A stretch of DNA of 64,000 nt from Truepera sp. (GCA_965218435.1 CBDCKW010000009.1:1536001-1600000); one strand, 5' to 3'; positions 18,497 through 29,468 are shown, numbered from the stretch's first letter. Made by a program: numbers and translations. The notes: generated by a model from the sequence alone, not told the origin.

Positions 18497-19789
18497 TCAC
18501 TGAAAGTTTTGATTGTATTCGGTAAGCGCCTGGTCAACTTGCTCGTTGGCAGTTTGGGCGACCGCAGCCACGTCCTGACCACTCAGCACTTTTTGGATAT
18601 TCTGCTCGATCACGGCCCGCATCTGAACGTTGGCCCCGGTCAGCGGTCCGGCGTTGGCGATGTCCGGTTTGGTATCCAAAAGCTGATTAAACGCCACGAC
18701 TTGCAGCGGGTTGCCCTTAAACCAACCCTGCTTGCGCAACAGATCAACGCTGCTTTGACGTACCGGATAGTAGCCGGTAACTTTGTGCCAGCTCGCCATA
18801 TTCTCGGTGTTGGTTAAAAAGAGGGCGAAGCCCAGCGCCGCTTCGGCCTCGGGTTGCGGAATCCCTTTGGCTACCCAAATGCTCGCGCCGCCGATACTGA
18901 CGCCGTTACGCGGTGCGCCGTCGGGGATCGGAAACACGCCGACGCCCATCTCAAAACCGTTTTCTTTGGCCGCCCCCAGCAAATTGCCCAGACCCGCCGT
19001 GCTGTTAATCGTCATGAGCGCCTTTTGGTCGCTAAAGATGGCGTTCGTCCCCACCGTATCGGACAGTTTGCCGGTGTTGGTCAAGTAGCCTTTGTCCTGC
19101 AAATCTTTGTAGAACTGGAAGATATTGCGGCCCGCTTTGCTATTCACATTGCTGGCGGTCGCGCGACCCTCGCGGCCGTTGCCGTTATTAAGGACCTGCG
19201 CGTTTTGCTCGCTCATCCACTCTTCAAAGAGCCAGCTGTACGGCGTCAGCGCCACGCACTTCACGCCGAGCTTGGCCGCGTCAAAAGTAGCACAGGTGTC
19301 CATGATCTCGCTGAAGGTGGTCGGCGGCTTCGCAGGGTCGAGGCCGGCTTGGGTCATTAAGTCTTTGTTAAAGTACAAGACCGGGCTGCTGCTGTTAAAG
19401 GGGATGCTGTTGACCTTGCCGTCAACCGTGTAGTAGCTGATCACCGGTTTGATGTAATCGCTGAAATCTACATTTTTGATGTCGTCAACCGGTTGAAAAA
19501 TTCCGCTGTCGAGGGCCAACTGACTGCTGGTCCCGTCTACTTGCACGAGTGCCGGGGCTTGGCCTTGACGCGCGGCCAGCACCGTTGCCTGCAACGTCTC
19601 ATCGGAAATTCCTTTGTAAACGGTAACAACCTTGACGTCAGGGTGCGCTTTGTTATACGCGTCGGCCCTAGCTTGAATCCAGTCAAAACGGAGTTCGTCA
19701 CCGAAGGTGTGCCAGAACTTTACGGTTGTACTTTGCGCCGACGCAACAAAGGTCAGGGCGAGTAACAAAACAATCCAGTATCTTTTCAT
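18497..19789 (-). CDS. ABC substrate-binding protein (UgpB-like)
   Basis: Signal peptide, FWH, SIPFNSSSPVLYFNKD, GGASIW, WHKVTGYYP. Confidence 0.88.
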   Translation of the reverse strand: MKRYWIVLLLALTFVASAQSTTVKFWHTFGDELRFDWIQARADAYNKAHPDVKVVTVYKGISDETLQATVLAARQGQAPALVQVDGTSSQLALDSGIFQPVDDIKNVDFSDYIKPVISYYTVDGKVNSIPFNSSSPVLYFNKDLMTQAGLDPAKPPTTFSEIMDTCATFDAAKLGVKCVALTPYSWLFEEWMSEQNAQVLNNGNGREGRATASNVNSKAGRNIFQFYKDLQDKGYLTNTGKLSDTVGTNAIFSDQKALMTINSTAGLGNLLGAAKENGFEMGVGVFPIPDGAPRNGVSIGGASIWVAKGIPQPEAEAALGFALFLTNTENMASWHKVTGYYPVRQSSVDLLRKQGWFKGNPLQVVAFNQLLDTKPDIANAGPLTGANVQMRAVIEQNIQKVLSGQDVAAVAQTANEQVDQALTEYNQNFQ

Positions 19790-20143
19790 GGGTGCTCCTC
19801 TTTTTCAAGAAAGGTAAAGCTCAGGGTTATGACCTCGAGCCGAGTTGCGTAACTGAGGTGGATCAGTAGACACGGCGGCGTAACCGACCTCTAAATAATC
19901 GCCTGTTCTTTAGCTTTAGCACCGTATCCTTGGTTGCGTTTTCCAGTACTTACGAACCTTAGTGAAAGCAGCTTTGAATAGAACTGTAGGCGTCATAACG
20001 AAGCCTTAAAGCTCACTGAGCCACTTTTGAGGTGTGCTTTTTAGGTCGCGGCTTGCAAGAGGACAGCTCGAGTTCAAAACGTTGTTCCTAAAAAAAGTTC
20101 CGGGCTTCTGGGCTGACCGACCCCTTGCGGGAATGGGGTTGCC

Positions 20144-21007
20144 CTACAGCTTAAAAAGGACTTTTAAGCCTTCTTTTAGCGGGGCAGGCTTTCGCCCCAG
20201 CGAAGCCGCTAAGTCAGAGGTCACTGCTGCTTCTTGCCCGTTTTTGATGTCGGTGGTAAACCCTATCGTTTTTTGAACGGCAGTCTCCGGTACGCCACGT
20301 TTTTTCATCTACGCCGCGAACGTCGCTTCGTCAACCGGTGTGTAGCTCACCTCTTTGCCTGACAACTCGGTTAGCGCGTCCGCCACGTCGTAAAAAGACC
20401 ACGCGTCGCTGCCCGTAAGTTTGTAAACCTTGTTCTCACTGTCACTTTCTAACAAGGCGTTGGCGATGGCCTCACCCTGTTCGCTGCGGAGGGCGTAGGC
20501 GACCTTGCCGTCACCGGCGGGTACACTGATGCCAGCAGCAAAGACCCGCTCGCCCCCGACAAACTGCGGGACGGTGTCCAGATAGAGAGCATTACGAAAC
20601 AGGGCGTAGGTCAACCCGCTGTCTTTGAGGTAAGCCTCGGTTTGAAAATGTTCTTTCATCAAACCGTTTGCGAGGGTGTCTGCATTTTTCAAGTTTCGGC
20701 TCGTATAAGCCAGCGACTGAACGCCCACCCTTTTGGCGGCGTCTATAACGTTGTGGTGTTGCTGCGTCCGGTTGCCTTCGTCCGTGCTCGAGATGAGCAG
20801 CACCTTGTTAACGCCCTGCACCGCGGTGTCAAGGGACGCGGTATCGTCGTAATTACCTACGCGGATGTCTATTCCTTTTTCTTTTAGGTCGGCAGCTTTG
20901 CCCGCATCACGAACAAAGGCGGCAATTTGAGTAGCCGACGTCTTTTTTAGTAGCTGCTGGATGACTGCCGTCCCTAACTGTCCGGTTGCGCCTGTGACTA
21001 AAATCAT
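20144..21007 (-). pseudogene. NmrA/QOR2-like NAD(P)H oxidoreductase interrupted by an in-frame TAG at 20311-20309
   Basis: MILVTGATGQLG N-terminus. After the TAG the same frame continues MKKRGVPE...LGRKPAPLKEGLKVLFKL*, a normal C-terminus for the family. Confidence 0.8.
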
Positions 21008-21067
21008 AATTTTCTCTTTTCGTTTAGGTGGACTCGAATCTGCCGGCAAACATTCAAGCCTCGGTGG

Positions 21068-21946
21068 TCACGCACCGAACGTAGCAGCGAATTCCTCGGC
21101 AAAATCTTCTACTTTAACCTCGCCCATAACAGGCTTGTGCAGCTCGTAATCTTCCCCCATCGCCCCGCTGTGGATGCTGGCATTTAAGTCAACGATGAGG
21201 CTTACCACATGCTCCGGCAGCTCGCTCTGCTCGAGACCGGCCCTAGCCTCGTCGTCGCTAATGCGTTTCCACTGCAAGTCCGGTTTGCCGATAGCCTCAC
21301 CTAGAACCTGAGCAGTTTCGCTGGCGGTACGCTCATCGCTGGCGACGTAGCGCACAGCTTGACCGCTGGGTGTTTCCAGCTCTTCGGCGGCGGCGGCGGC
21401 AATATCTCTCGGGTGAACCCAGACAACTTTGTCGTCACCCCCATAGTTCGAGCTGATCATGCCTTGCCCTTTGATCTGCCCGATAAAGCCGTACAGGTTA
21501 GGGTAAAAAGACCCTGCACGCAAATGTGTAACGGCGACCTCTGAAAGCTCGTTCAGAACCTCCTCTACCTCGTGAGAGCCGAGGATAACGCCTGTACCCT
21601 CATCTCGGTGTGCGCCCCAACTACTCTGATGGACGAGGCGCTTGACGCCCGTCTGCTTGGCAGCTTGGGCGTAATTTTGCCCCGTTTTTCGGTAGTAGGC
21701 GATAACGTCGGGAACCTCGAAGTTGGGTGGTACCAGCGCATAGACAGCGTCGGCACCCTTAAAGGTAGACACTAAAAAATCGACATTTTCCAGCGAGCCG
21801 ATAGCAGCATGTGCGCCTAAAGCCTCGATGTCTTGTTGCCGTTCCGGGCTGTGACTGATGACTGTAACCGTATGCCCCTTGTGGATGAGCGTTTTCGTCA
21901 AGGGCTTGCCGACGTTTCCTAATGAACCTGCCACTATCATCTTCAT
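21068..21946 (-). CDS. NmrA-like NAD(P)-binding oxidoreductase
   Basis: VAGSLGNVG, GADAVYALVPP, SSWGA, WVHPRDIA; AAGGAG RBS before ATG 21946. Confidence 0.88.
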   Translation of the reverse strand: MKMIVAGSLGNVGKPLTKTLIHKGHTVTVISHSPERQQDIEALGAHAAIGSLENVDFLVSTFKGADAVYALVPPNFEVPDVIAYYRKTGQNYAQAAKQTGVKRLVHQSSWGAHRDEGTGVILGSHEVEEVLNELSEVAVTHLRAGSFYPNLYGFIGQIKGQGMISSNYGGDDKVVWVHPRDIAAAAAEELETPSGQAVRYVASDERTASETAQVLGEAIGKPDLQWKRISDDEARAGLEQSELPEHVVSLIVDLNASIHSGAMGEDYELHKPVMGEVKVEDFAEEFAATFGA

Positions 21947-22039
21947 ATCCAGCTCCTTGGTGGACACCACTTGTCATTCAGGGAAGATACGTCTCTCGAG
22001 AAATTCAAGACGCATTGACATCATTTTGAACGCCGACAC

Positions 22040-22753
22040 CTACCAAGCAACCGTGCCGTGACGGTCTGTATACGTACCCGTAGGACCAGCGGCCCCTAAG
22101 GTGGCGAGCCTGACGATAGCGTCGGTGCCCTCGGTCACGGTCTGAGGCCCGCTGTTACCGTTGAACTCAGTGCTGGTGTAACCGGGGTCGGCAGCGTTGA
22201 CCTTTATGTTTGGGAGCAACTTGGCGTACTCGGTTGTCAGCATCGTCACCGCCGCCTTGGAAGCGGAGTAAAGCGGCGCTCCCACCTTCGACTCGATCCG
22301 AGACGCGTCTTGGGTCACGGCAAATGAACCCATTCCGCTCGAGACGTTAACGATAACCGGCGCGTCTGAGTGCCGCAAGAGCGGTAAGAACGCGTGGGTG
22401 ACGCGGACGATACCGATGACATTGGTGCCGAAGACCTGGCTAGCGTCTGCAGCAGTAAGGTCGGCAACTTCTTGATGGGGTCCAGCGATACCGGCATTGT
22501 TGATTAACACGTCGAGGCGACCCGCGAGCCGTTTTAACTCTGCCGCAGCAGCGGCAACCGACGCCTCGTCGGTCACATCGAGTTGCACAAATGCGACGCC
22601 GAGCTCAGCCGCCGCCGCTTGTCCCCGCTCTACATCACGAGTGCCGATATAGACGGTCTGCCCCGCCTCTTTAAGTCGGCGGGCGGTTTCAAAACCGAGA
22701 CCTTTGTTCGCACCGGTGATAAGGGTGATGGTTTCGTTTGCTGATTCTGACAT
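22040..22753 (-). CDS. Short-chain dehydrogenase/reductase
   Basis: TGANKGLG, NNAGI, YSASK, PGYTST. Confidence 0.9.
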   Translation of the reverse strand: MSESANETITLITGANKGLGFETARRLKEAGQTVYIGTRDVERGQAAAAELGVAFVQLDVTDEASVAAAAAELKRLAGRLDVLINNAGIAGPHQEVADLTAADASQVFGTNVIGIVRVTHAFLPLLRHSDAPVIVNVSSGMGSFAVTQDASRIESKVGAPLYSASKAAVTMLTTEYAKLLPNIKVNAADPGYTSTEFNGNSGPQTVTEGTDAIVRLATLGAAGPTGTYTDRHGTVAW

Positions 22754-22816
22754 AGTTATCCTTTCCGTCTTCTCTCAATTAACCATTTTGAGCTAACGAA
22801 GGAAACATTATCACAG

Positions 22817-22865
22817 TATCAACGATAGTGCAACTGCTGATATACAGTTTGTGTTATCGTTGTTA
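22817..22865. promoter_or_regulatory. Putative TetR operator pair overlapping a leaderless -10
   Basis: TATC-AAC-GATA (22817-22827) and TATC-GTT-GTTA (22855-22865) in the divergent intergenic region. Confidence 0.45.
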
Positions 22866-22867
22866 AT

Positions 22868-23590
22868 ATGACCTCGGTAGTTGAAACAACAAATACAAAG
22901 GACAAGATCGTCCGTGCAGCCGCCGAGCTCTTAGCTAAAGGCGGCAGGGAAGCCGTATCTACTAGGGCGGTCGCAGCAGCAGCCGGGGTCCAGGCTCCAA
23001 CCATCTATCGCCATTTCGGAGACATGCAGGACCTGTTAGACGCAGTAGCGATCTACGGGTTTGAGACCTATCTGCAGGAGAAGAGCTCGCTAGCACAAAC
23101 TAAAGACCCCGTTGAGGAGTTACGCCGGGGCTGGAATCTTCACGTCGCCTTCGGCCTCGCCAATCCGGGGTTTTACACGCTGATGTACGGCGACCCTCGC
23201 CCCGACGCCGAGCACAAGGCGGCGTCTCAGGGCTTTAGCGCCTTGTACGCGCTTGTAGCGCGCATCGCCGAGGCGGGCCGCTTACGGGTCAGTGTCGAGC
23301 GGGCCGCACAGATGCTTCACGCCGCGGCGTGTGGCGTAACCTTGACGCTGCTCGAGCTTAAACCCGAAGCGCGTGACCTCAGCTTGTCGGCGCAGAGCCG
23401 TGAAGTGGTGCTTGACGCCGTGACGTTACCCTTAGCTGCTGCAACCTCCGCAGACGCGAACGGACAAAATAGTGTGATAAGCCACGCCGTCGCGCTTAAA
23501 GCACTGTTGCCTAAGACAACAAAGCTGACTTCAAACGAGCGGGCGCTGCTTTCAGAATGGCTCGGCAGGCTCAGCCAGCCCGAGGCGTAA
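22868..23590 (+). CDS. TetR/AcrR family transcriptional regulator
   Basis: STRAVAAAAGVQAPTIYRHFGD HTH; divergent from the SDR/NmrA genes. Confidence 0.92.
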   Translation: MTSVVETTNTKDKIVRAAAELLAKGGREAVSTRAVAAAAGVQAPTIYRHFGDMQDLLDAVAIYGFETYLQEKSSLAQTKDPVEELRRGWNLHVAFGLANPGFYTLMYGDPRPDAEHKAASQGFSALYALVARIAEAGRLRVSVERAAQMLHAAACGVTLTLLELKPEARDLSLSAQSREVVLDAVTLPLAAATSADANGQNSVISHAVALKALLPKTTKLTSNERALLSEWLGRLSQPEA

Positions 23591-23755
23591 GCGTGACCTC
23601 TCGTGGCTACTTTTCAGTACGCGTTGGGTTTGCCTCAACCTAGCGCCATAAATACCAGGTTCGGTTGACATAAGCTTAGCAAGAGTTGTTGGCCGCGCAG
23701 CGTACAAAAGAAGTGGGAATGAAGCAGCGAGGCATAGGAAAGTGGCAGCTAGACG

Positions 23756-24016
23756 ATGAAACCCGCGTCTCTCACGTACTTAGAGCATGATAACAAGAGC
23801 GAACGTCAACCCAACCTAGACTACCGTGCTCCGGGGCAGGCAAAAACGTCTCCCCAAACGTTCTACCTCTACGATCGTCGAGAGATCACGGTGACGTTTA
23901 ACACGCGTCTAAGTTTGCTCGAGACCCGTATCGTCTACCTTACGCCCGAGACTCGGCCTATCGTGAGCAGTTTTCTTAGCGGAGTGTTAGAAGACATTGC
24001 GGAAATCTTAAAGTAG
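23756..24016 (+). CDS. Hypothetical protein
   Basis: 86-aa ATG ORF in an otherwise empty gap; no motif recognised. Confidence 0.4.
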   Translation: MKPASLTYLEHDNKSERQPNLDYRAPGQAKTSPQTFYLYDRREITVTFNTRLSLLETRIVYLTPETRPIVSSFLSGVLEDIAEILK

Positions 24017-24080
24017 GTCTGGCCGTTTGCCGACTGCGCAGGGAGCAGGTAGTGCGCCTCAGCGTAAGGGCGAGCCTCGG

Positions 24081-25979
24081 CTACCCGCTGCGAATGCCCG
24101 CGGCGAGCTTACGAGCAAGTAGCGCGTGCGTCGCTTCGGCGTTTGCGGGTTGACCGAACAGATAGCCTTGGCCGTACTCGCAGCCTAAAGTGCGCAGCTC
24201 TAGTAGCTGCGCGTCGGTTTCGATCCCTTCGGCAACGACGCGCATCCCAAATTCACGCGCGAGCAGCGAGACGCCCCGGACGAGGCTCCGCGCCTTGTCA
24301 CCGTCTTTGTTACTGCCTTTACTACTGTCTTTGTCACCTTTGTCTTTGTCACCTTCGCCGATACCCGCGACAAAACTGCGGTCGAGCTTGAGGCTGCCCG
24401 CCGGAAACCGCTGCAGATAGCTGAGCGACGCGTAGCCGGTCCCGAAATCGTCTAAGCAGAGCCCGACGCCCAGGGCTTCCAGCTGCGCGACGGCCTTGTC
24501 AACCAAGGCGACCGGCCGCATCGCCAGACGTTCGGTAATCTCTAAGTTGAGGTGCTGCGCCCCGAGCTCCGTTTGCACCAAGGTACGCTCAACCACGTTT
24601 CTAAGATCGCTACGCATAAACTGCTGGCTCGACAGGTTGACGTTGACGCTCAGCTGAGACCCGGAAAACTCCGAAGCAGCGTGCCACCGGCTCAGCTGCT
24701 CGCACGCACGGCGCAAAACGTAGCGGTCGAGCTCGATAATCAGTCCCGTCTCTTCGGCCAGCGGAACGAAGGCGTCGGGGCTCAGCAGGCCGCGCGGGTG
24801 CGGCCACCGGACGAGCGCCTCAAAACCGGTTAAGGTTTCGTCACTGAGCCGGACGATCGGCTGAAAATACACCTCGAGCACGTTTTGCTCTAAGGCGACG
24901 CGCAAGTCGGTCTCGAGCTCGAGCCGCTGCACGGCTTCTACGCGCATCGCGGGGCTAAACACCTGGGCGCGGCCGGCGTGGTGGGGTTTAGCATGATACA
25001 TCGCTAGGTCGGCGTCGCGGAGCAGGTCTTGCGGCCGCTCGTGGGTTTGCTCGGAAAAAACCAAGCCGACGCTGCCGCTCAGCGTAAAGGTGTGCTCCTG
25101 AATCGTAAAGGGGCGCGCGAGCGCCGCGCGCAGCCGCCAGACGACCTCGGCGGCGCAGGCTGCGTCACAGTGCTCGAGCAAGACGGTAAACTCGTCGCCA
25201 CCGAAACGGGCGACCGTATCACCTTCACGCATACAGGTCAGGAGACGTTCACCGACAGCGACGAGGAGCGCGTCGCCGACCGGATGGCCGAGCGAATCGT
25301 TGATCACTTTGAAGTGGTCGAGGTCAATAAACAGCACAGCGAACCCATGATCCGGGTTGTTCTGATAACGTGCGAGCGCGTGCTGTAAGCGGTCGTTAAA
25401 TAAGAGCCGGTTAGGTAGCCCGGTGAGCGCGTCGTGGAGCGCGTCATGCTCGAGCCGGACGTTCAGCGCCTCGAGTTCGGCGGTGCGTTCTTTGACCCGC
25501 CGCTCGAGCTGTGCGCGCACCTCTTGTAACGCCTGCTCAGCGCGTTTACGGTCGGTAATGTCGTCGGCAACGTAGAGAAAGCGCCCCCGCCCCCCGATCA
25601 GACCGACGTAATTGACCGTCACCTTAAGCCAGCCCTTATCGCCGTGCTCATAATCGAAACGGACCGGCCCGTCCGAGGTGACGCTTTTGCGGTAGGCCCC
25701 GAGCCACATCGTAAGAAACGTCTCCGGCACGCCCATAGCCCGCGCCGTTCTGCCCTGCATCGCCGCTGTGGTCATGCCGAAAAAGGCCGCCGATGCCTGA
25801 TTGTCAGAGACGTGAACGATGTCGTCGCCGCTAAGCTCAACCGTGCCCATCATGACCGACGCACTGTCATAAAACCGGCTCAAAACTTCGTCAGCTTCGG
25901 TTGAAGAACCGTATAGACGCCGGTTACGTCTAATGCTCGCCTTTAGGGGACTTCGGCGCTTACGCACGGCTGCTCGCAT
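24081..25979 (-). CDS. PAS-GGDEF-EAL diguanylate cyclase/phosphodiesterase
   Basis: DITDRK PAS-C cap, HDALTGLPNR, ARFGGDEF, FEALVRW, DDFGTGY, VAEGIET, GQGYLF. Confidence 0.93.
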   Translation of the reverse strand: MRAAVRKRRSPLKASIRRNRRLYGSSTEADEVLSRFYDSASVMMGTVELSGDDIVHVSDNQASAAFFGMTTAAMQGRTARAMGVPETFLTMWLGAYRKSVTSDGPVRFDYEHGDKGWLKVTVNYVGLIGGRGRFLYVADDITDRKRAEQALQEVRAQLERRVKERTAELEALNVRLEHDALHDALTGLPNRLLFNDRLQHALARYQNNPDHGFAVLFIDLDHFKVINDSLGHPVGDALLVAVGERLLTCMREGDTVARFGGDEFTVLLEHCDAACAAEVVWRLRAALARPFTIQEHTFTLSGSVGLVFSEQTHERPQDLLRDADLAMYHAKPHHAGRAQVFSPAMRVEAVQRLELETDLRVALEQNVLEVYFQPIVRLSDETLTGFEALVRWPHPRGLLSPDAFVPLAEETGLIIELDRYVLRRACEQLSRWHAASEFSGSQLSVNVNLSSQQFMRSDLRNVVERTLVQTELGAQHLNLEITERLAMRPVALVDKAVAQLEALGVGLCLDDFGTGYASLSYLQRFPAGSLKLDRSFVAGIGEGDKDKGDKDSSKGSNKDGDKARSLVRGVSLLAREFGMRVVAEGIETDAQLLELRTLGCEYGQGYLFGQPANAEATHALLARKLAAGIRSG

Positions 25980-26179
25980 CTACCTTTAGGTTACTTGAGC
26001 ACTCAGATAGATATTAGTCGCAGTCATACAAAGGGTATGAGAGTTTTAGTGACATTCAGCACTACGCTGGTTGACCTCCGCTTTTGCCGCTATGGTCTGC
26101 GGACGTAAAACAAGCTGTTTTTGAGCCGACCGACGCCCATGACCGACTTTCGCGTTCCGACTTATGCAGGCCAAGCCAG

Positions 26180-27694
26180 TTAGCTGTGGGCTCCCGGCGG
26201 CCCCAAGTCAGGCTCGTCGCTACCGTAGCCGCGTTTGCCGGTAAACGCTCCCGGTATCCCGGTGTTGTCTACGTTCCTGGTAATCACAAACACGTGGTCG
26301 CCCGCTCTAAAAACGACCTCGCCGCGCGGCGTGATGAGGTCGCCGTCACGGTAAATGGCTGCGATAATCACGTCTTGTGAGAGCCGCAGGTCGCGTAAGG
26401 GCTGGCCGACTGCGCGGGTATGGGGTTCTAAAAACACGTCGAGCACCGCGCTGCCGGGGGGCGCGACGCCGCCTAGCTCGAGGCGTAAGGGCGGCTCGGG
26501 CGCTTCTTGTTTTAAGAGGCCCAAACGCTTGGCCAGCGGCCCGATGACCAGACCCTGGAGCGTGGTACTCACGACCACCACGATAAAAACCAGATTAAAG
26601 ACCGTTTGCGCGTTCTCAACCCGGCTTAAGAGCGGAAAGATCGCTAAAATGATCGGCACCGCTCCCTTGAGCCCTGCGCCGCTCAGGAGCGCGTACTCTT
26701 GCAGGCTAAAGCTGTGATGCCGGGTCAACCACTGGACCGGCCCCAGACACAGCGCGACGGCGAGCGGACGCGCGACCGTGCTCAAGACGACCGTGAGTAC
26801 GAGCGCCACCGGCAAGATACCGGGCAGCTGTGCCGGAAAAACGAGCAGGCCGAGCAGCAGAAACATGATAATTTGTGCGCCCCACGCGAGCCCCTCCATA
26901 AATGAGACGATATTTTGCCGGTGCGGAACCCGGCGGTTACCGACCACGAGCCCCAGCAGATAGACCGCTAAAAACCCGTTCCCGCCGACGAGATTGGTCA
27001 CGCTGTAGGCTAAAAGTCCGCACGCAAGGGCGAGCAGCGGATAGAGACCGAAGCTACCGAGTTTCACGTGGTTGAGCCCCCAGACCAAGAGCACGCCCCA
27101 CAAGTACCCCAACAGGCCGCCGAGTGCGAGCTGCAGGGCGACGCCACCAACGAGCGAGAGCACATTGGCTTGGCCGCTGACGAGGACGGTTGTGAGCGCC
27201 ACTGTGAGGTAGATACCCACGGGGTCGTTGGTCCCCGATTCGGTCTCGAGCACCCCCCGCAGCCGCGCCGGGATACCCCGGCCCTTGAGCACACTAAAGG
27301 TCGCCGCCGCGTCGGTCGGGGCGAGCACCGCGCCGAGCAGCAGGCTCTGAACCCAGCCGAGCGGCGTCAAGAGCCAAGCCGCGCCGCCAAGGACCAGCGT
27401 AGTGATAACGACCCCCAACGTCGAAAGGCTGAGCGCAGGCGCGAGCGACGCCCGAAAGAGCCGCATCCGGGTGTCTAACCCGCCACTAAACAAGATGATT
27501 GCCAGCGCCACTAAGCCGACCTCGAGGCTGAGCGCGTAGTCGCCGAAACGAATCCCACCCGGACCACTGCTTCCGGCGAGCATCCCGATCACGACAAAGA
27601 GAACCAGAGCGGGCAATCCCAACCGCTGGGTCGCACGGGTGCTCAAAATAGCGGTGACGACGAGGAGGCTGGCGATAAACAGGTACAGGTCCAT
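26180..27694 (-). CDS. K+/H+ antiporter (NhaP2/CvrA type) with TrkA-C domain
   Basis: ILFSGGL, PTDAAATF, ESGTNDP, GLKGAVPIILA and a C-terminal RCK-C domain; start set to ATG 27694. Confidence 0.9.
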   Translation of the reverse strand: MDLYLFIASLLVVTAILSTRATQRLGLPALVLFVVIGMLAGSSGPGGIRFGDYALSLEVGLVALAIILFSGGLDTRMRLFRASLAPALSLSTLGVVITTLVLGGAAWLLTPLGWVQSLLLGAVLAPTDAAATFSVLKGRGIPARLRGVLETESGTNDPVGIYLTVALTTVLVSGQANVLSLVGGVALQLALGGLLGYLWGVLLVWGLNHVKLGSFGLYPLLALACGLLAYSVTNLVGGNGFLAVYLLGLVVGNRRVPHRQNIVSFMEGLAWGAQIIMFLLLGLLVFPAQLPGILPVALVLTVVLSTVARPLAVALCLGPVQWLTRHHSFSLQEYALLSGAGLKGAVPIILAIFPLLSRVENAQTVFNLVFIVVVVSTTLQGLVIGPLAKRLGLLKQEAPEPPLRLELGGVAPPGSAVLDVFLEPHTRAVGQPLRDLRLSQDVIIAAIYRDGDLITPRGEVVFRAGDHVFVITRNVDNTGIPGAFTGKRGYGSDEPDLGPPGAHS

Positions 27695-28125
27695 GAGGGT
27701 TTCGCGTTTAGCCGAACAACCCGGCTGCGTGCGGTGCAACGTCCCCAAAACGTGAGGTAGCTGCTGCCTGGGGTAGGTCGCCGGTTAGGATCACGGTTAG
27801 GGTCATTAGTCACTATAAACATAAACGCCAGCGTTAAGTTTGCCGACCTAACAGCCCCGCCCACAACCTCTTTTAGCCAGCCTCCGGTCGTCACCCACGG
27901 GCTAAACGCGGAGCAAAAGCAACCCGGCTAAGCGCAGCTTCCTAAGGCGAGAGCTGACTTTGACGACCTCAGCCGCAACTTGTCAGCGGCCCCGAGTCCT
28001 GCTGGTAGGTTGACGAGAGCTTAAGACGCGCTCTATGTTGCCGTGTAGGGGTGTAAAGCTAGGGCTAGCGGTAAAGGGTATGACCAAACCGACACTACCG
28101 AACCGACACCTCAGAAATAGGTGCC

Positions 28126-29187
28126 ATGACTAAGCTTTTTTCAACCCGCGTTTTGACGGCAGTGGTTTTAGGCGTCGCCATAGGCGCAACTGCGCTGCTG
28201 TTGTGGCGGCTTGCCAACGTCCTTTTACTCGGCTTTGCCGGGGTGTTGGTCGCCGTTTTTTTGCGGGCGAGCGCCAACTTAGTCCGGCGTTTGACGCATA
28301 TGTCTGAAGGCTGGGCGCTAACGGTCGTATTGCTCTTGGTCCTCGCACTTTTGGGCCTAACGAGCTGGCTTTTGCTTCCGCGTATTGTGGATCAGTTGGG
28401 GCAGCTCGTGAACAGTTTGCCCACCCTGCTGACGCAGCTCGAGGCGCAGGTCAAAGCGGTTCCTATACTCCGAACCCTGACTCAACAAACGCCTTCGTTT
28501 GGCACGCTGGTACCCCGCGTGATGAGCGTCGTGACCCGCCTCTCGAACACGCTGGTTACGACGGTAAATGCACTCTTTAACGTGTTTCTCGTGTTTGTCA
28601 TCGGCTTATTTTTAGCAGCAAATCCAAAACTCTACCGCCACGACCTGATTCGGCTCGTCCCGGTCGCTGCGAGGAAGCGGGCCCGCAAGTTAGTCGGTAA
28701 GCTCAGCGCAACCCTGCGCACCTGGCTTTTAGGCGAGCTGCTAGCGATGCTGCTCGTAGGGGTATGTACCACACTCGGTCTGTGGCTTATTGGGGTGCCT
28801 TACGCACTCGTTCTAGGGATTGCGGCAGGACTCCTCGACTTTATTCCCTATCTCGGGCCGGTTTTATCAACGGTTCCCAGTGCGCTGATCGCGCTGACCA
28901 GCGGCGGGGTGGGGTTGGCGGTCTGGGCCGTTGTCGTGCATATTATTGTACAGCAGCTCGAGGGCAACTTGTTTCAGCCGGTCATCCAGCAAGAGGCGGT
29001 CTCGATCCCGCCGGTATTGCTGCTATTGGCGCTCGTCGCGTTCGGGCAGCTGTTCGGCTTGCTCGGGCTGATCGTCGCCACACCGCTTTTGGCCGTCAGC
29101 ATCGTGCTCGTTAGAGAGCTTTATGTCGGGTGGCTCGAGCGTGACCTACACCCCCAACTCGTTCAGGTTGTGGTCGAAAAGAAGTAG
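28126..29187 (+). CDS. AI-2E family transporter
   Basis: FIPYLGP, QQLEGN, FGLLGLIVATP. Confidence 0.9.
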   Translation: MTKLFSTRVLTAVVLGVAIGATALLLWRLANVLLLGFAGVLVAVFLRASANLVRRLTHMSEGWALTVVLLLVLALLGLTSWLLLPRIVDQLGQLVNSLPTLLTQLEAQVKAVPILRTLTQQTPSFGTLVPRVMSVVTRLSNTLVTTVNALFNVFLVFVIGLFLAANPKLYRHDLIRLVPVAARKRARKLVGKLSATLRTWLLGELLAMLLVGVCTTLGLWLIGVPYALVLGIAAGLLDFIPYLGPVLSTVPSALIALTSGGVGLAVWAVVVHIIVQQLEGNLFQPVIQQEAVSIPPVLLLLALVAFGQLFGLLGLIVATPLLAVSIVLVRELYVGWLERDLHPQLVQVVVEKK

Positions 29188-29264
29188 CTGAGAGCAGGTG
29201 GTGGCGATAATCCCAAGTGTCTTGAGATAAGGAGCTAGACACCTAAACGCTTATACTTTTTTGT

Positions 29265-29468
29265 ATGGATACCCGTTGGACGATCAAAGTATCTGAAGAG
29301 ATCGACCGCGACTTGCGCATGTACCTTGCCGAACGGGGTTTCAAAAAGGGTGACTCAAGGTTCGTCGAAGAGGCGGTGAGAGAACAGCTCTTCCGTAACG
29401 CTCTGGCTGAAACGCACGCGGCAAACTGCGACCTGAGCGAAGACGAAGCACTGACCCATGCCCGCTAA
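29265..29468 (+). CDS. Ribbon-helix-helix antitoxin-like protein, possibly truncated
   Basis: TRWTIKVSEEIDRDLRMYLAERGFKKGD-SRFVEEAV resembles XACb0070-type RHH proteins; TATACT 7 nt upstream. Confidence 0.6.
   Translation: MDTRWTIKVSEEIDRDLRMYLAERGFKKGDSRFVEEAVREQLFRNALAETHAANCDLSEDEALTHAR

Noticed and set aside
27695..28100. Riboswitch (c-di-AMP or Na+/Li+) upstream of the antiporter; short cggttagg repeats
   Set aside because: I could not match a consensus by eye; an Rfam/Infernal scan is needed.
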